The notes under the pieces were generated by a model. The model was not told the DNA's origin, made no database searches, and worked only from the letters and a program-made list of their open reading frames with translations. From an uncultured Acidimicrobiia bacterium (GTDB lineage Bacteria; Acidobacteriota; Terriglobia; Versatilivoradales; Versatilivoraceae): a stretch of 64,000 nucleotides of DNA. The position numbers and the translations under genes were made by a program. The stretch lies in assembly GCA_963786955.1 (NCBI GenBank), contig CAWBAT010000005.1, positions 1,600,001-1,664,000 of the forward strand, in the 5' to 3' direction. Shown piece after piece: positions 30,507 through 40,945 of this stretch (its first letter is position 1; each line of letters begins with the position of its first letter).

Positions 30507-32102
30507 ATGCGAGAAAAGTCCAAATCCAAAAAGGAACTGCTGCGGGAAATTGAAGAACTTCGCCTGCGCTTGGATGAGGCCGAGCAGGTGTTACGAGGCA
30601 TTCAGAGCGGGGAAGTGGATGCCTTGATTCTTGCGGGGCCCGAACGGGAAAGGGTTTATACGCTCGAGGGCGCGAACCAGCCCTATCAGGTTCTGGTCGA
30701 GACAATGAACGAAGGCGCTCTCACCCTGGCGGCTGATGGAACAATCCTCTACTGCAATGCTCGCTTTGCGAAAATGATTAAGATCCCGATCGAAAGAATC
30801 ATTGGCAGGTCGATTGGCCGGTTCGTGGCGCGGGCCGATAAGCAAAAACTTGCAAGCCTGATCGAGGAAAGCCGGAAAGACCGCCTAACGGCGGAAATCA
30901 GCCTCAAAACCACAAAGGGAACATTTGTCCCATCACATTTCTCCCTCGTTCCCCTGGGACTGGACGGTTTGCAAAGCATCTGTGGGGTGGTCACGGATTT
31001 GACCGGAGTCATCGCCGCCCGGGAGGCAAGTCGGCGGCTTGAGGACACTCTGATGGAGCGCGAAAGGCTTCTCTCCCTGATCAATACCAATGTCTCTGAT
31101 TTGATCTGGCTGATGGTCGTCGAGCCCAAGAATCGTTACCGCTGCGTCGCAGTGAGTGGGTCGTATATGACCGTTACGGGACTGCGCGAGGACCAAGTCG
31201 TTGGCAAACGGCTCGAGGAAATCTTGCCGGCAGCCCCTTTTCACATCGCTTTGGCCAAGTATCAAGAGGCAATTCGAGCAGGAGAAACCATTGTATACGA
31301 AGAAAGCGCTGACGTTCCGGCAGGACACATCGTTCTTGAAACAAGACTTACGCCGGTTTTCGATCCAAGAGAAAATTGCACGTATTTGCTCGGAGTCTCA
31401 CGTGACGTCACTGAACGCAAGCGGACAGAGGGGGAACTGCGTCAGCTTTCTGCCTCTTTGCTCGAGGCGCAGGACCAAGAACGCCGGCGAATTGCCAGAG
31501 AGTTGCATGACAGCACGGCCCATGATCTGGCCGCGATAGCCATCAATCTGAGCCTGCTGGAAGAATGCGCGGGGCTGGATGAGGACGCTCGGAAGTGCCT
31601 TGCTGACACTGTTTCCCTGGCAAAGCAATCTTCGGGTGAGATCCGTAACCTTTCTTACCTGCTCCATCCTCCCTTGCTCGACGAGCGGGGTTTGGACTCC
31701 GCGCTACGCTGGTACATCGAAGGGTTTGCACAGCGAAGCGGGATTGGAGTCGAACTGGACATGCCTGCCGAAATCGGCCGGCTTCCGCAGGAGATAGAGA
31801 CGGCGTTGTTCCGCATTGTGCAGGAAGGCCTCACGAACATCCATCGTCACTCCAGTAGCCCAACGGCTCGGATAAGCCTCATTCGGAGTTCAGCCGGGCT
31901 CGCGCTGGAAGTTCAAGACGAAGGGCACGGGATGCCCGGGCATACCTTTAAAGAAACCCGCGGAACCATTGAGGGGATGGGGGTGGGCATTGCGGGGATG
32001 CGAGAACGGCTAAGGCAACTTGGGGGGCGGTTGGAAATCGAGACTAATAGCCATGGAACCATCGTCAGGGCTAACCTGCCGCTTTCTAAGGTGCAGTCAT
32101 GA
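30507..32102 (+). CDS. Cytoplasmic PAS-PAS HisKA_3 sensor histidine kinase
   Basis: Two PAS/PAC domains; ERRRIARELHD H-box; QEGLTNIHRHS, DEGHG, GVGIAGMRER; no TM segment. Confidence 0.96.
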   Translation: MREKSKSKKELLREIEELRLRLDEAEQVLRGIQSGEVDALILAGPERERVYTLEGANQPYQVLVETMNEGALTLAADGTILYCNARFAKMIKIPIERIIGRSIGRFVARADKQKLASLIEESRKDRLTAEISLKTTKGTFVPSHFSLVPLGLDGLQSICGVVTDLTGVIAAREASRRLEDTLMERERLLSLINTNVSDLIWLMVVEPKNRYRCVAVSGSYMTVTGLREDQVVGKRLEEILPAAPFHIALAKYQEAIRAGETIVYEESADVPAGHIVLETRLTPVFDPRENCTYLLGVSRDVTERKRTEGELRQLSASLLEAQDQERRRIARELHDSTAHDLAAIAINLSLLEECAGLDEDARKCLADTVSLAKQSSGEIRNLSYLLHPPLLDERGLDSALRWYIEGFAQRSGIGVELDMPAEIGRLPQEIETALFRIVQEGLTNIHRHSSSPTARISLIRSSAGLALEVQDEGHGMPGHTFKETRGTIEGMGVGIAGMRERLRQLGGRLEIETNSHGTIVRANLPLSKVQS

Positions 32103-32758
32103 GGGGGGAGGTCCGAATCCTGCTAGCGGACGATCATGAGGTCGTGCGGCGGGGACTGCATGCCATCCTCAAGGCTCAGACTGGGTGGAGCGTTGTCGCC
32201 GAGGCAGCCAACGGTCGCGAGGCCGTGGAGCTGGCGAGAAAACTCAAGCCTACCGTGGTCATTATGGACATCAGCATGCCCGAGTTGAACGGGCTCGAAG
32301 CGACACGCCAGATCCTGAAGGACGTTCCCCAAACTGATGTGCTCATTCTCACGATGCATGAGTCCGAGCAAGTAGTGCGAGAGGTCCTGGATGCCGGGGC
32401 CCGGGGTTATGTCTTGAAGTCTGACGCGGGGCAAGACTTGGTCGCCGCGGTTGAATCCTTGTGCCGCCACAAACCATTCTTTACGTCCAAGGTCGCCGAA
32501 ATGGTCTTAGAGGGGTATCGGAAGACGGGTGCCACGGGTAGTAAATTCACCGTACCCCGTAGCCGTCTCACTCCTCGTGAGAGAGAAATCGTTCAACTTC
32601 TGGCCGAAGGGAAGAGTAATAAAGAGGTTTCCTCAACCTTGGGAATCAGCGTGAAGACGGCAGAAACCCACCGCGCTAATATCATGCACAAACTCAACCT
32701 TCAGTCCCTTAGCGACCTGGTCCGCTATGCGATTCGAAATAAGATTATCGAGGACTAG
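32099..32758 (+). CDS. NarL/FixJ family response regulator (REC-LuxR HTH)
   Basis: LADDH, MDISMP, LTPREREIVQLLAEGKSNKE, TAETHRANIMHKL. Confidence 0.97.
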   Translation: MRGEVRILLADDHEVVRRGLHAILKAQTGWSVVAEAANGREAVELARKLKPTVVIMDISMPELNGLEATRQILKDVPQTDVLILTMHESEQVVREVLDAGARGYVLKSDAGQDLVAAVESLCRHKPFFTSKVAEMVLEGYRKTGATGSKFTVPRSRLTPREREIVQLLAEGKSNKEVSSTLGISVKTAETHRANIMHKLNLQSLSDLVRYAIRNKIIED

Positions 32759-32794
32759 TTGCGGGCAGTCTGCTTGGAGACCTGTACGCCAGAA

Positions 32795-33472
32795 CTAATG
32801 CTGATCTCCGCCGTCGTTCAGGACCACGCTGAGGAGGCCACTATGGACCTTCACCCCGCCTTTTTCGCTGTAATCGATAAAGCCCAGCTCCCTGAACTTG
32901 TTCATGAAATGACTGATTCGCGACCGAGTGGTGCCGACCATTTGCGCCAAGTTTTCCTGACTGACGCCGGGAACGACTGTTTCTGATCGGCCTTCCTTGC
33001 CGAAATGCGCCAGCAGTAAGAGCATCCGAGCCAGCCGCTTCTCACTGGAGTTGAATAGCTGATCGACCAGATCCTCTTCGTACCGGATGTTGCGCGAAAG
33101 CAGATGCGTGACGAACAATTCTGAGAAGTCGTGCTGCTCGTGCAGGATGCGTGCCATCAAGGGCTTCTCAATCCTGACCAGACTGCAATCGGTCATCGCG
33201 GTAGCCGTAGCGATGCGCAACAGTTGGCCTGCCAGGCATCCCACACCGAAGAAGTCCCCGTCGCCCAGAAGGGCGATGATCGCTTCCTTCCCTTCTTGGG
33301 ATGTCACCGCCTTCTTCACCTTGCCATGTCGCAAGTAAAACACAGAATCTGCAGGTTCTCCTTGCCAGAAGATAGTCCGGTTCGCGCCGTATTCCACATC
33401 GGTTTTCCCGTGAGAGATTCCAACCAGGAAGCGTTCCCAATCGACGGGTTTATTTTTCTTATTATTTGCCAT
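32795..33472 (-). CDS. Crp/Fnr family transcriptional regulator, paralog 4
   Basis: Near-identical to paralog 3, but FGVGCL instead of FGEGCL. Confidence 0.95.
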   Translation of the reverse strand: MANNKKNKPVDWERFLVGISHGKTDVEYGANRTIFWQGEPADSVFYLRHGKVKKAVTSQEGKEAIIALLGDGDFFGVGCLAGQLLRIATATAMTDCSLVRIEKPLMARILHEQHDFSELFVTHLLSRNIRYEEDLVDQLFNSSEKRLARMLLLLAHFGKEGRSETVVPGVSQENLAQMVGTTRSRISHFMNKFRELGFIDYSEKGGVKVHSGLLSVVLNDGGDQH

Positions 33473-34006
33473 AGACACCTCCCCACTCCACAATGAAGGT
33501 CAGCCCTGGTATCAAAAGCAATCGAGTTTTGGGGATGTGGTTGTGCCAGCTGACGGGATGACCTTGCCAAGCTCAGTTTCACTCAAGGTCTTCAAAGCTA
33601 ACTGCGCCAAATTTACAAGACATAACACCCATTCGGATTTTACCATAATAAAAAGAGCAGACATAAAAAAAAGCAGAACGGCAAGGTAGGTATTTCGAGA
33701 TGCTTCTGAGTTGTCCTTTCCAAAAATACGGTTTTGATTGCCGTCTGATCAGGCAATATCAGTGTGGAAATTTCCAGGAAGTGCTTATTCTTCAGTCGGT
33801 TTCAGTTGATCTAATTGAATTTTTTGAGGGGGATAACCACGCGCCATAAAGGTGGGAAGTGACTTTGACAATTCAAACAAATCCCTGCCGGCGATCGGAC
33901 CGGTCGCGAAAAGGTGTATTAGGCGGACTTGAAACCCGACATCGCTCGGGCGATCACGCCAGGGTGAGAATCAAAAAGTCGGTGTATTTTTGTGCGGCTT
34001 CAGGCA

Positions 34007-34270
34007 TCAGGAACGGTGCGCCGGAGATGAACTCGAGTGAATGGGCGCTTTTGGTAAAAGAACCACCCGACCAAAATATTCTTCCAGCGTGAGCTTTCCC
34101 TCCTCGTCGGTGTCGAAGGTCAGATGATGCCAGTCCTCCATCTCGGCCAACTCCAGCCTGAAGTTTGTCGCCGCCCGTTTGCGGGCATGATGATCCCACC
34201 CGTTGGTGAGCAGGACACCCCCGATATTCGGAAACACGCTGGTGAATGCGATCGCTTTCTTGATCGTCGT
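34007..34270 (-). pseudogene. HAD family phosphatase fragment
   Basis: FPNIGGVLLTNGWD (catalytic Asp appears replaced); truncated after ~75 codons. Confidence 0.7.
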
Positions 34271-34287
34271 TTCCTCGGTCGATCAGC

Positions 34288-36833
34288 TCATCGCTGCCAC
34301 AGGATGTGAGCGTCCTCCAGAGGAACCGCCACGCCATCGCAGTGCGGTATGATTCGCGCCGTATAGTCCGCCGGTGGGCGGGCCGCAGACACAGCCGCGC
34401 TGTAAACGTAACCGCCCGACGCGCCGGCCAGTTGGCGAACGCGCTTCATCTCCTGCCGCACGGGAGCACTGCCCATGACACCGTCGGCGTAAAGTTCGAC
34501 CCGCACCGCCTCGGGGTCAAGGTCATTGAGAAAGACCTGAACCTCAAATACGTGCTGCTTGCCCCGAGTCTCAACCTTCACTTCGCCGAAGTGTAGCGTG
34601 GCCCATTTCTGTTCCAGACTGTGCTGCCAATCGACCATTTGCCTGCCGATTGCGCCTTTATTGGCATGCGCAAATGGTAGGCATCAGCAGCCGGGAGGTA
34701 GTGCTGTTCGGTGTATTCGCGCACCGTTCGGTTGGCGGAGAAGCGCGGTGTCAACTGCGCCATGCTTTCCCGCATCCGCTTGACCCATGCGGTGGGAATG
34801 CCGCTCTCGTCTCGGGTATAAAACTCCGGGATCACCTCCCGCTCGAGCAGGTCGTAGAGCGCGTCGGCTTCGACAGCGTCCCAGGCGGGATCGTCGCCAT
34901 GCTCCTGGCCGTCCCCCAACGCCCACCCCACTTCCGGCGTGTAGGCTTCCGCCCACCAGCCGTCCAATTCCGAGAGATTGATGCCTCCATTGACGAGCAC
35001 CTTCATGCCGCTTGTTCCGCTGGCCTCCCAGGGTCGCCGTGGCGTGTTGATCCAGACGTCCACCCCCTGCACCAGGTGCTCCGTCAACAGCATGTCGTAG
35101 TCACTCAGGAAGATCACGTGGGGGCGGGTCTCTGGCTGGCGGATGAAATGTATCCATTCATGGATCAAGGCCTGTCCCGCCTGGTCCGCCGGATGGGCCT
35201 TGCCAGCGATGATGAGTTGCACCGGGCGCTCAGGATTGGTCAACAGACGAAGCAGTCGCTCCGGGTCGTGCAGCAGCAGGTTCGGCCTCTTGTAGGTCGC
35301 GAAGCGCCGCGCAAAGCCCAGCGTCAACGCGTTGGGATCAAATAGATGTTTCGCCTCGTCAACCGCCTCGGGCGACGCGCCGGAGGCGGTCAGTTGCCGG
35401 GACAATCGTTCGCGGGCGTATTCAACAAGAGACTTGCTGGCGGCGGTACGAAATTGCCAGAGCCTGGCGTCGGAGACGCGGCGAATGTCGCGCTCCAGGG
35501 TTTTCGTCGTCCCCAGCCAGCGGTCCTTTCCACAGGCTTCCGTCCAAAGATCATCGGCCGGGGCCGAGTCCCAGGTCGGCATGTGGACTCCGTTAGTCAC
35601 GTGTCCGACGGGCACTTCGTCCGCTGGCCAATGGGGAAAGAGGGGCTCAAAGAGATGCCGGCTGACTTTCCCATGCAAGCGACTCACGCCATTCACCGCC
35701 CCGCTCCCCCGGATGGCCAGATAGGCCATGTTGAAACTTTCCGACGGGTCGTTCGGATTCTGGCGGCCCAGGGCCAGCAAGTCGTGGAGTGTTATGCCGA
35801 GCTTCTGCTCGGCATAACCGCCGAGGTATTGTTCGATGAGAGCCGGAGCGAAACGGTCAAAGCCGGCGGCCACTGCCGTGTGGGTGGTGAAGAGATTCCC
35901 CGCTCGTGTGACGGCCAGCGCGACTTCGAAAGGCTGCGCGGTTTCTTGCATGAAACTGCGGGCGCGCTCCAGAACGGCGAAGGCCGCATGCCCTTCATTC
36001 AGGTGACAGACTTCCGGCTGGATGCCGAGCGCAGCGAGCAGCCGCCATCCGCCAATCCCGAGAAGCAGTTCTTGCTTGAGGCGCAGCTCCGGCCCGCCGC
36101 CATACAGCTCGCTGGTAATCCCTCGATGAGCGGGGAAGTTCGCCGCGTCATTGCTGTCCAGCAGGTAAAGCTTCACTCTGCCAACCTGGACCTGCCAGGC
36201 GCGCAGCCAGACCGAGTAACCGGGCAACGCGATCTCCAATCGCAACCACTCGCCGTTCGGGTGGCGCAACGGCGTGATCGGCAACTGCCCGGGATCGTTA
36301 TAGGGGAAGAGTGCCTGTTGCGCTCCGTCCTTGTCGATCACCTGGCGAAAATAGCCTTGCTGGTACAGCAGTCCCACGCCGACCACGGGCACGCCCAGAT
36401 CGCTGGTGGCTTTGAGCTGATCGCCGGCCACATTGCCAAGCCCGCCCGAGTAGATCGGCAAAGCTTCGCTCAACATGAATTCCATGCTGAAATACGCGGC
36501 GCAGGTCAGGGGACCCTGCGGATGATTCTGCTGAAACCACGCGGGCGCCTCCGCCGCTTGCACGCTTGGCGCGCAGAAGGGCATCAATGTTCTTACGGAA
36601 TGCGGGATCGGCCAAGACGCGCTCGAGCTGGTCCCGCGAGACCGTCTGCAGGACAACCCAGGGGTTATGCGTGATTTCCCACAGTACGGGATCAAGCTGC
36701 CGCCACACTTCGTCGGTAGCATGATTCCACGACCAGAGCATATCCAGGGCCAGCTCCGCCAGGGAATCGAATCCTTCGACTTCCTGGGCAAAAGGTTGTA
36801 TATCGGGTGGCTGACACGTGTTTGCTTGCTCAT
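34288..36833 (-). CDS. glgP: Alpha-glucan (glycogen/starch) phosphorylase, with frameshifts
   Basis: YSGGLG, HLNEGH, ARRFATYKR, EASGTSGMK PLP-binding motif; three or more frame changes. Confidence 0.95.
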
Positions 36834-36892
36834 GGTTTCTCCTCCGCATTTAAGTCTGTGAGCCGAACCTGTGGCGGCGAGAGTCTCTCCAG

Positions 36893-37147
36893 CTATTCCT
36901 TTTGCTCCGGGGTGGCCGGCGCCTCAACGCGGTCGTAAAGCGGCTCACCGAAGCCACTTTGTTCGCGACAATCAATGCCCCAACAGCACTCCCACAGATG
37001 GCCACGCCGCGCTCCACCCTTCCGAGCAAACGCGAGGGCCAGCGGTACGATAAAATCCGGATAATCATTGTCCAACTTCGGCTGTCGGTCGCCGAAATCG
37101 ATCACTTCATGACCGGCCTTTCGCAATATCTTGACCAGTTTGTTCCT
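36893..37147 (-). pseudogene. RpiB/LacAB sugar-phosphate isomerase remnant
   Basis: GHEVIDFG...DYPDFIVPLA; GVAICGSAVGALIVANKV; truncated. Confidence 0.75.
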
Positions 37148-39311
37148 TCAAGTCAAAACCACCGTGGTCGGCGGCGATTCCGATGCGTTTCGGCGTCCAT
37201 GGCAAAATTGTCTGGAGATCAGACATGTTCCTCTTTCGAGCAAGGCCAGTGCCCGTTGGCAAACGTTCTCCACACTGAATCCGAATTCGCGCATCACGAC
37301 CGGTCCCGGAGCCGAAGCGCCAAAGCGATCCACGCCGATCACATCGCCCCGATCACCAACGTAGCGATGCCACCCTTGGGTTACCCCTGCCTCGACCGCG
37401 AGCCGCGCATGAACCGATGGCGGCAACACCGAGTCGCGATATTCGTGGGATTGGGCCTCAAACAATTCCCAACTCGGCATGGAAACGAGGCGCACCGGGA
37501 TTTTCTGTTCCTGCAAGCTTCTGTCCCGCTGCCACGATCAGGCCGACTTCCGATCCGCTGGCGATCAGGATCAATCGCGGTTTGCCCTGCGGCGCGTCGG
37601 CCAGAATGTACGCCCCATGGCGAAGGCCCTCCGCTGAAGCAAACTGCTTTCGGTCGAGCGTCGGCACGTTTTGCCGGGTCAGGACCAGAGCCACCGGCCG
37701 GTCTCGCGTCTCGATCGCCACGCGCCAGGCCACGGCCGTCTCGTTGGCGTCAGCGGGACGGATGACAATCAGCCGGGGAATGGCCCGCAGACTGGCGAGC
37801 TGCTCCACGGATTGATGTGTCGGGCCATCTTCGCCCATGCCGATGCTGTCATGCGTGAAAACATAGACCACCTGCAGCTCCATCAATGCCGCGAGCCGGA
37901 TCGACGGGCGCAGGTAGTCCGAGAAGGTCAGAAACGTTGCGCCGAACGGGATGATGCCGCCATGCGCGGCCAGGCCATTCAAGATCGCCCCCATGCCGTG
38001 CTCGCGAACGCCAAACTGCAGATTGCGGCCCGCGTAACTCCAGCCGCCGCCTGCCGAACCTTGCAGATCGCCAACCGCCATTTCGGGGTTCTCAAAATTG
38101 CCCGCATCTTTCAGTTCGGTGTCCGTGGACGGATTCAAATCGGCCGAGCCGCCGATCAGGCCGGGCAGTTTCGATTTGAGCGCATTCCATCACTTTTCCC
38201 GAGGCGACGCGGGTAGCCATGCCCTTGGCATCGGCTGGGAAATTGCGGAATGTTCGCATCCCAGCCTTGCGGCAGTTCTCCGTTGATAAGCTGGCGGAGT
38301 TCGCGGGCGAGTTCCGGATATTGCTTCTCGTAGGCAGCAAATTTCGCGTTCCATTCCGCTTCGGCTTCACGTCCACGGTCGATGGCCTGGCGAAAATGTT
38401 GCTCGGCTTCCTCTGGGCACGAGAAACGGCGGCTCGACGGGCCAACCCAGATTCTGTTTCGTCAGCTTCACCTCTTCCTCGCCCAGCGGCGAGCCATGCG
38501 CGGCGAAGGTGTCCTGCTTGTGGGGCGAACCATAACCAATGTGCGTCCGTACCAGGATCAGCGAGGGACGTCCTGTTTCCTGGCGCGCGCGCGGATGGCG
38601 TGGTCGATAGCATCCAGGTCATTGCCATCCTCGATGGATTGTGTGTGCCAGCCATACGCCGCGAACCGTTGGGCATGGTCTTCGGTGAAGGTGAGCTGCG
38701 TCGAGGCGGCGAGAGTGATGCGGTTGTCATCGTAGAGATAGATCAGCTTCCCGAGTTTCAGGTGGCCCGCGAGCGAAGCGGCTTCGGCTGCCACGCCCTC
38801 CATCAGATCGCCATCGCTGACCAGTCCGTAGGTGAAATGATTGATGATCTCAAACCCGGCCGATTGTAGCGCGCCGCGAGATACGCTTCGGCGATGGCCA
38901 TGCCCACGCCATTGCCAAATCCCTGACCGAGCGGGCCGGTGGTGGTTTCCACGCCAGGGGTCAAACCGCGTTCGGGATGACCCGGGGTGATGCTGCCCCA
39001 CTGGCGAAACTGTTTGATTTGTTCCAGCGGCAAATCGTAGCCCGTCAGATGCAGCAGGCTGTAGAGCAACATCGAACCGTGGCCAGCCGACAGGACGAAT
39101 CGGTCCCGATTGAACCACTGCGGATTGGCTGGATTATGCTGGAGAAACCGGGTCCACAACACATAGGCCATGGGCGCCGCGCCCAGCGGCAGACCGGGAT
39201 GGCCGCTATTGGCCTTTTGGACGGCGTCCACCGACAGGAAGCGAATCGTGTTGATCGACAGTTGATCCAACTCCGCCGGATTGAAGAATAGCTGCCGGTC
39301 GCTGTGCTCAT
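37148..39311 (-). CDS. tkt: Transketolase, multiple frameshifts
   Basis: [48 protein letters not shown] in successive frames. Confidence 0.95.
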
Positions 39312-39330
39312 CGTTCGTTTCTCCTCCCTG

Positions 39331-39460
39331 CTACTTCGCAAGCAGTTTGCGAATCGATTGCAATTTCTCCTGACGCTCCTTGGTCGGCTCGGGCTATATT
39401 ATCTTGAGCCCTTTAACCGCGCCGACGATGACGAAGAATTAGCGGACGACCTTGGCCACC
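39331..39460 (-). pseudogene. Possible polyphosphate kinase 2 family 3' relic
   Basis: IVGAVKGLKII*PEPTKERQEKLQSIRKLLAK* resembles PPK2-family C-termini (recalled, not searched). Confidence 0.35.
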
Positions 39461-39532
39461 ACCGCTTCGATTAAGCACCAAGCTTTCTTGGCGCAGAGCA
39501 AAAGCAGCGCGTTGTTCCAATCCGAATCGACC

Positions 39533-40162
39533 CTAAATCTGGTCTTGGGATTGATGCAAATTCACGCGGTGATCGGCCCAGGAAATGGACTTGACCCAAC
39601 GAGTGGGAACCAATGCCGAGCGGCCATGAAGCCAGTCTCCGGCTTTCACAGCCAAATAGCCAAGATGCCAGGAGGCATCGTCCATGATGAAGCCCTCCAG
39701 GCGCCCGATATCACCGTCCGTGGCCCACACTTCGTAACCTGCCATGTCCCAGGCACTGCGGAGATGCGAGTCCTCCTTGGTGCGCACCGGATATTCCCTG
39801 CCTGCTGGAATTGAAGACAAGCGGCCAAACCAACTGTCAATCCAAAATTCCGGCAAACCAAGGTATTCCTTCATGGCAATTTCTTGCTGGCGCGAAACCG
39901 GCTTCTCCGTATCAACATCGGGACTATTGCGCACTTGCTCCTTCGTCAAGTGAACATGGAAGGTTTTCTTCACCCAATCGGGCTGTTCCACCGCCGTGAT
40001 CGCTAGAACCGCAGCTCGCCAGGTAAGCCAGCTTCCCACATCGACGACCAAAAAGTGAATCGTCCATGATTGGTCATCAAAGAGAAAGTTGCGGACACTT
40101 CCCATCTCGCCGTCTGTAGCAATGACAGAAGATCCAGTCAAGCTTTCCAGGTCGTGAAGCAT
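39533..40162 (-). CDS. PRC-barrel domain protein (two barrels)
   Basis: ATDGEMGSVRNFLFDDQSWTIHFLVVDVGSWL; HLRS...ATDGDIG. Confidence 0.9.
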   Translation of the reverse strand: MLHDLESLTGSSVIATDGEMGSVRNFLFDDQSWTIHFLVVDVGSWLTWRAAVLAITAVEQPDWVKKTFHVHLTKEQVRNSPDVDTEKPVSRQQEIAMKEYLGLPEFWIDSWFGRLSSIPAGREYPVRTKEDSHLRSAWDMAGYEVWATDGDIGRLEGFIMDDASWHLGYLAVKAGDWLHGRSALVPTRWVKSISWADHRVNLHQSQDQI

Positions 40163-40322
40163 GTTCCTCCTTCGGGCCAAAAGTTATAGGATAACTGACT
40201 CTCCTAAGTCCCCCTCGGATTTGCTGAAAAGTTGCTCGTACTCCTCCTTCGAAATATCAAGATAAAAGGGGATGATCCGGGTTCCGTTACGATGGAGATG
40301 TTTCTCGATGCCCACGAAGGCC

Positions 40323-40754
40323 TCACTTTTCTTCATACTCTCCTTCACGCTTCATTCGTTCTTCATAACCTTCTGATGAAGCCGGGTCGAGTTCCCACCG
40401 AGATTGATCTCGGGCCGCTATCTTTTCGTTCGTATGCAGCGGCTCGTTATCCGTATAGTTAAGCCCCACTGCTTTACCAAGCTCTTCAACAATGCTTTGA
40501 TCAGGAGTTGGGTTCTCGCCGCCCACACTCTCTTCACCCACATCAGCATCTTCCCAAGCTGCGTCAATGTCGCCGCCCGATAGCTCCGGCGAAGTCGAGT
40601 GGTGCTCGTGCAATTTTTCGATCAATTGCTGCTTTCCTGCCGAGCCGAGTTGAGCCGCTTCATCAAATTCGCGCTTTACCTCTTCATTGGACGCAACTTT
40701 GTCGCTTTCAATTCTGCCTGCGTCGATAAACTGGCCTTTCCGGGTCCTTGCCAT
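40323..40754 (-). CDS. DUF6335 family acidic protein
   Basis: SPELSGGDIDAAWE...GEESVGGENPTPDQSIVEELGKAVG...RWELDPASSE. Confidence 0.85.
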   Translation of the reverse strand: MARTRKGQFIDAGRIESDKVASNEEVKREFDEAAQLGSAGKQQLIEKLHEHHSTSPELSGGDIDAAWEDADVGEESVGGENPTPDQSIVEELGKAVGLNYTDNEPLHTNEKIAARDQSRWELDPASSEGYEERMKREGEYEEK

Positions 40755-40945
40755 GGGTGGTTTAGCTCCTTTCAATCTTGATTCTGCACTTGTTGCGCAA
40801 CTCTGTGACCATATCTGAAGGTAAATCTCTGATAGATCAGACTGTTCCATCGCTTCTTTGGTTGCCAGGCTTGTGGCGCTGATGGTGGAGCGCCGCTGCA
40901 GCCACGTATCCGTTTGTCAGCCGGGTATCATAATCCTTCTATCAA

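Noticed and set aside
35346-36674. Long opposite-strand ORFs (442 aa here; also 245-889, 12905-13540, 36902-37765, 49797-50633)
   Set aside because: Antisense shadows of GC-rich genes with no recognisable motifs
37148-39311. Programmed ribosomal frameshifting in tkt, glgP and others
   Set aside because: Too many shifts and no consistent slippery sites
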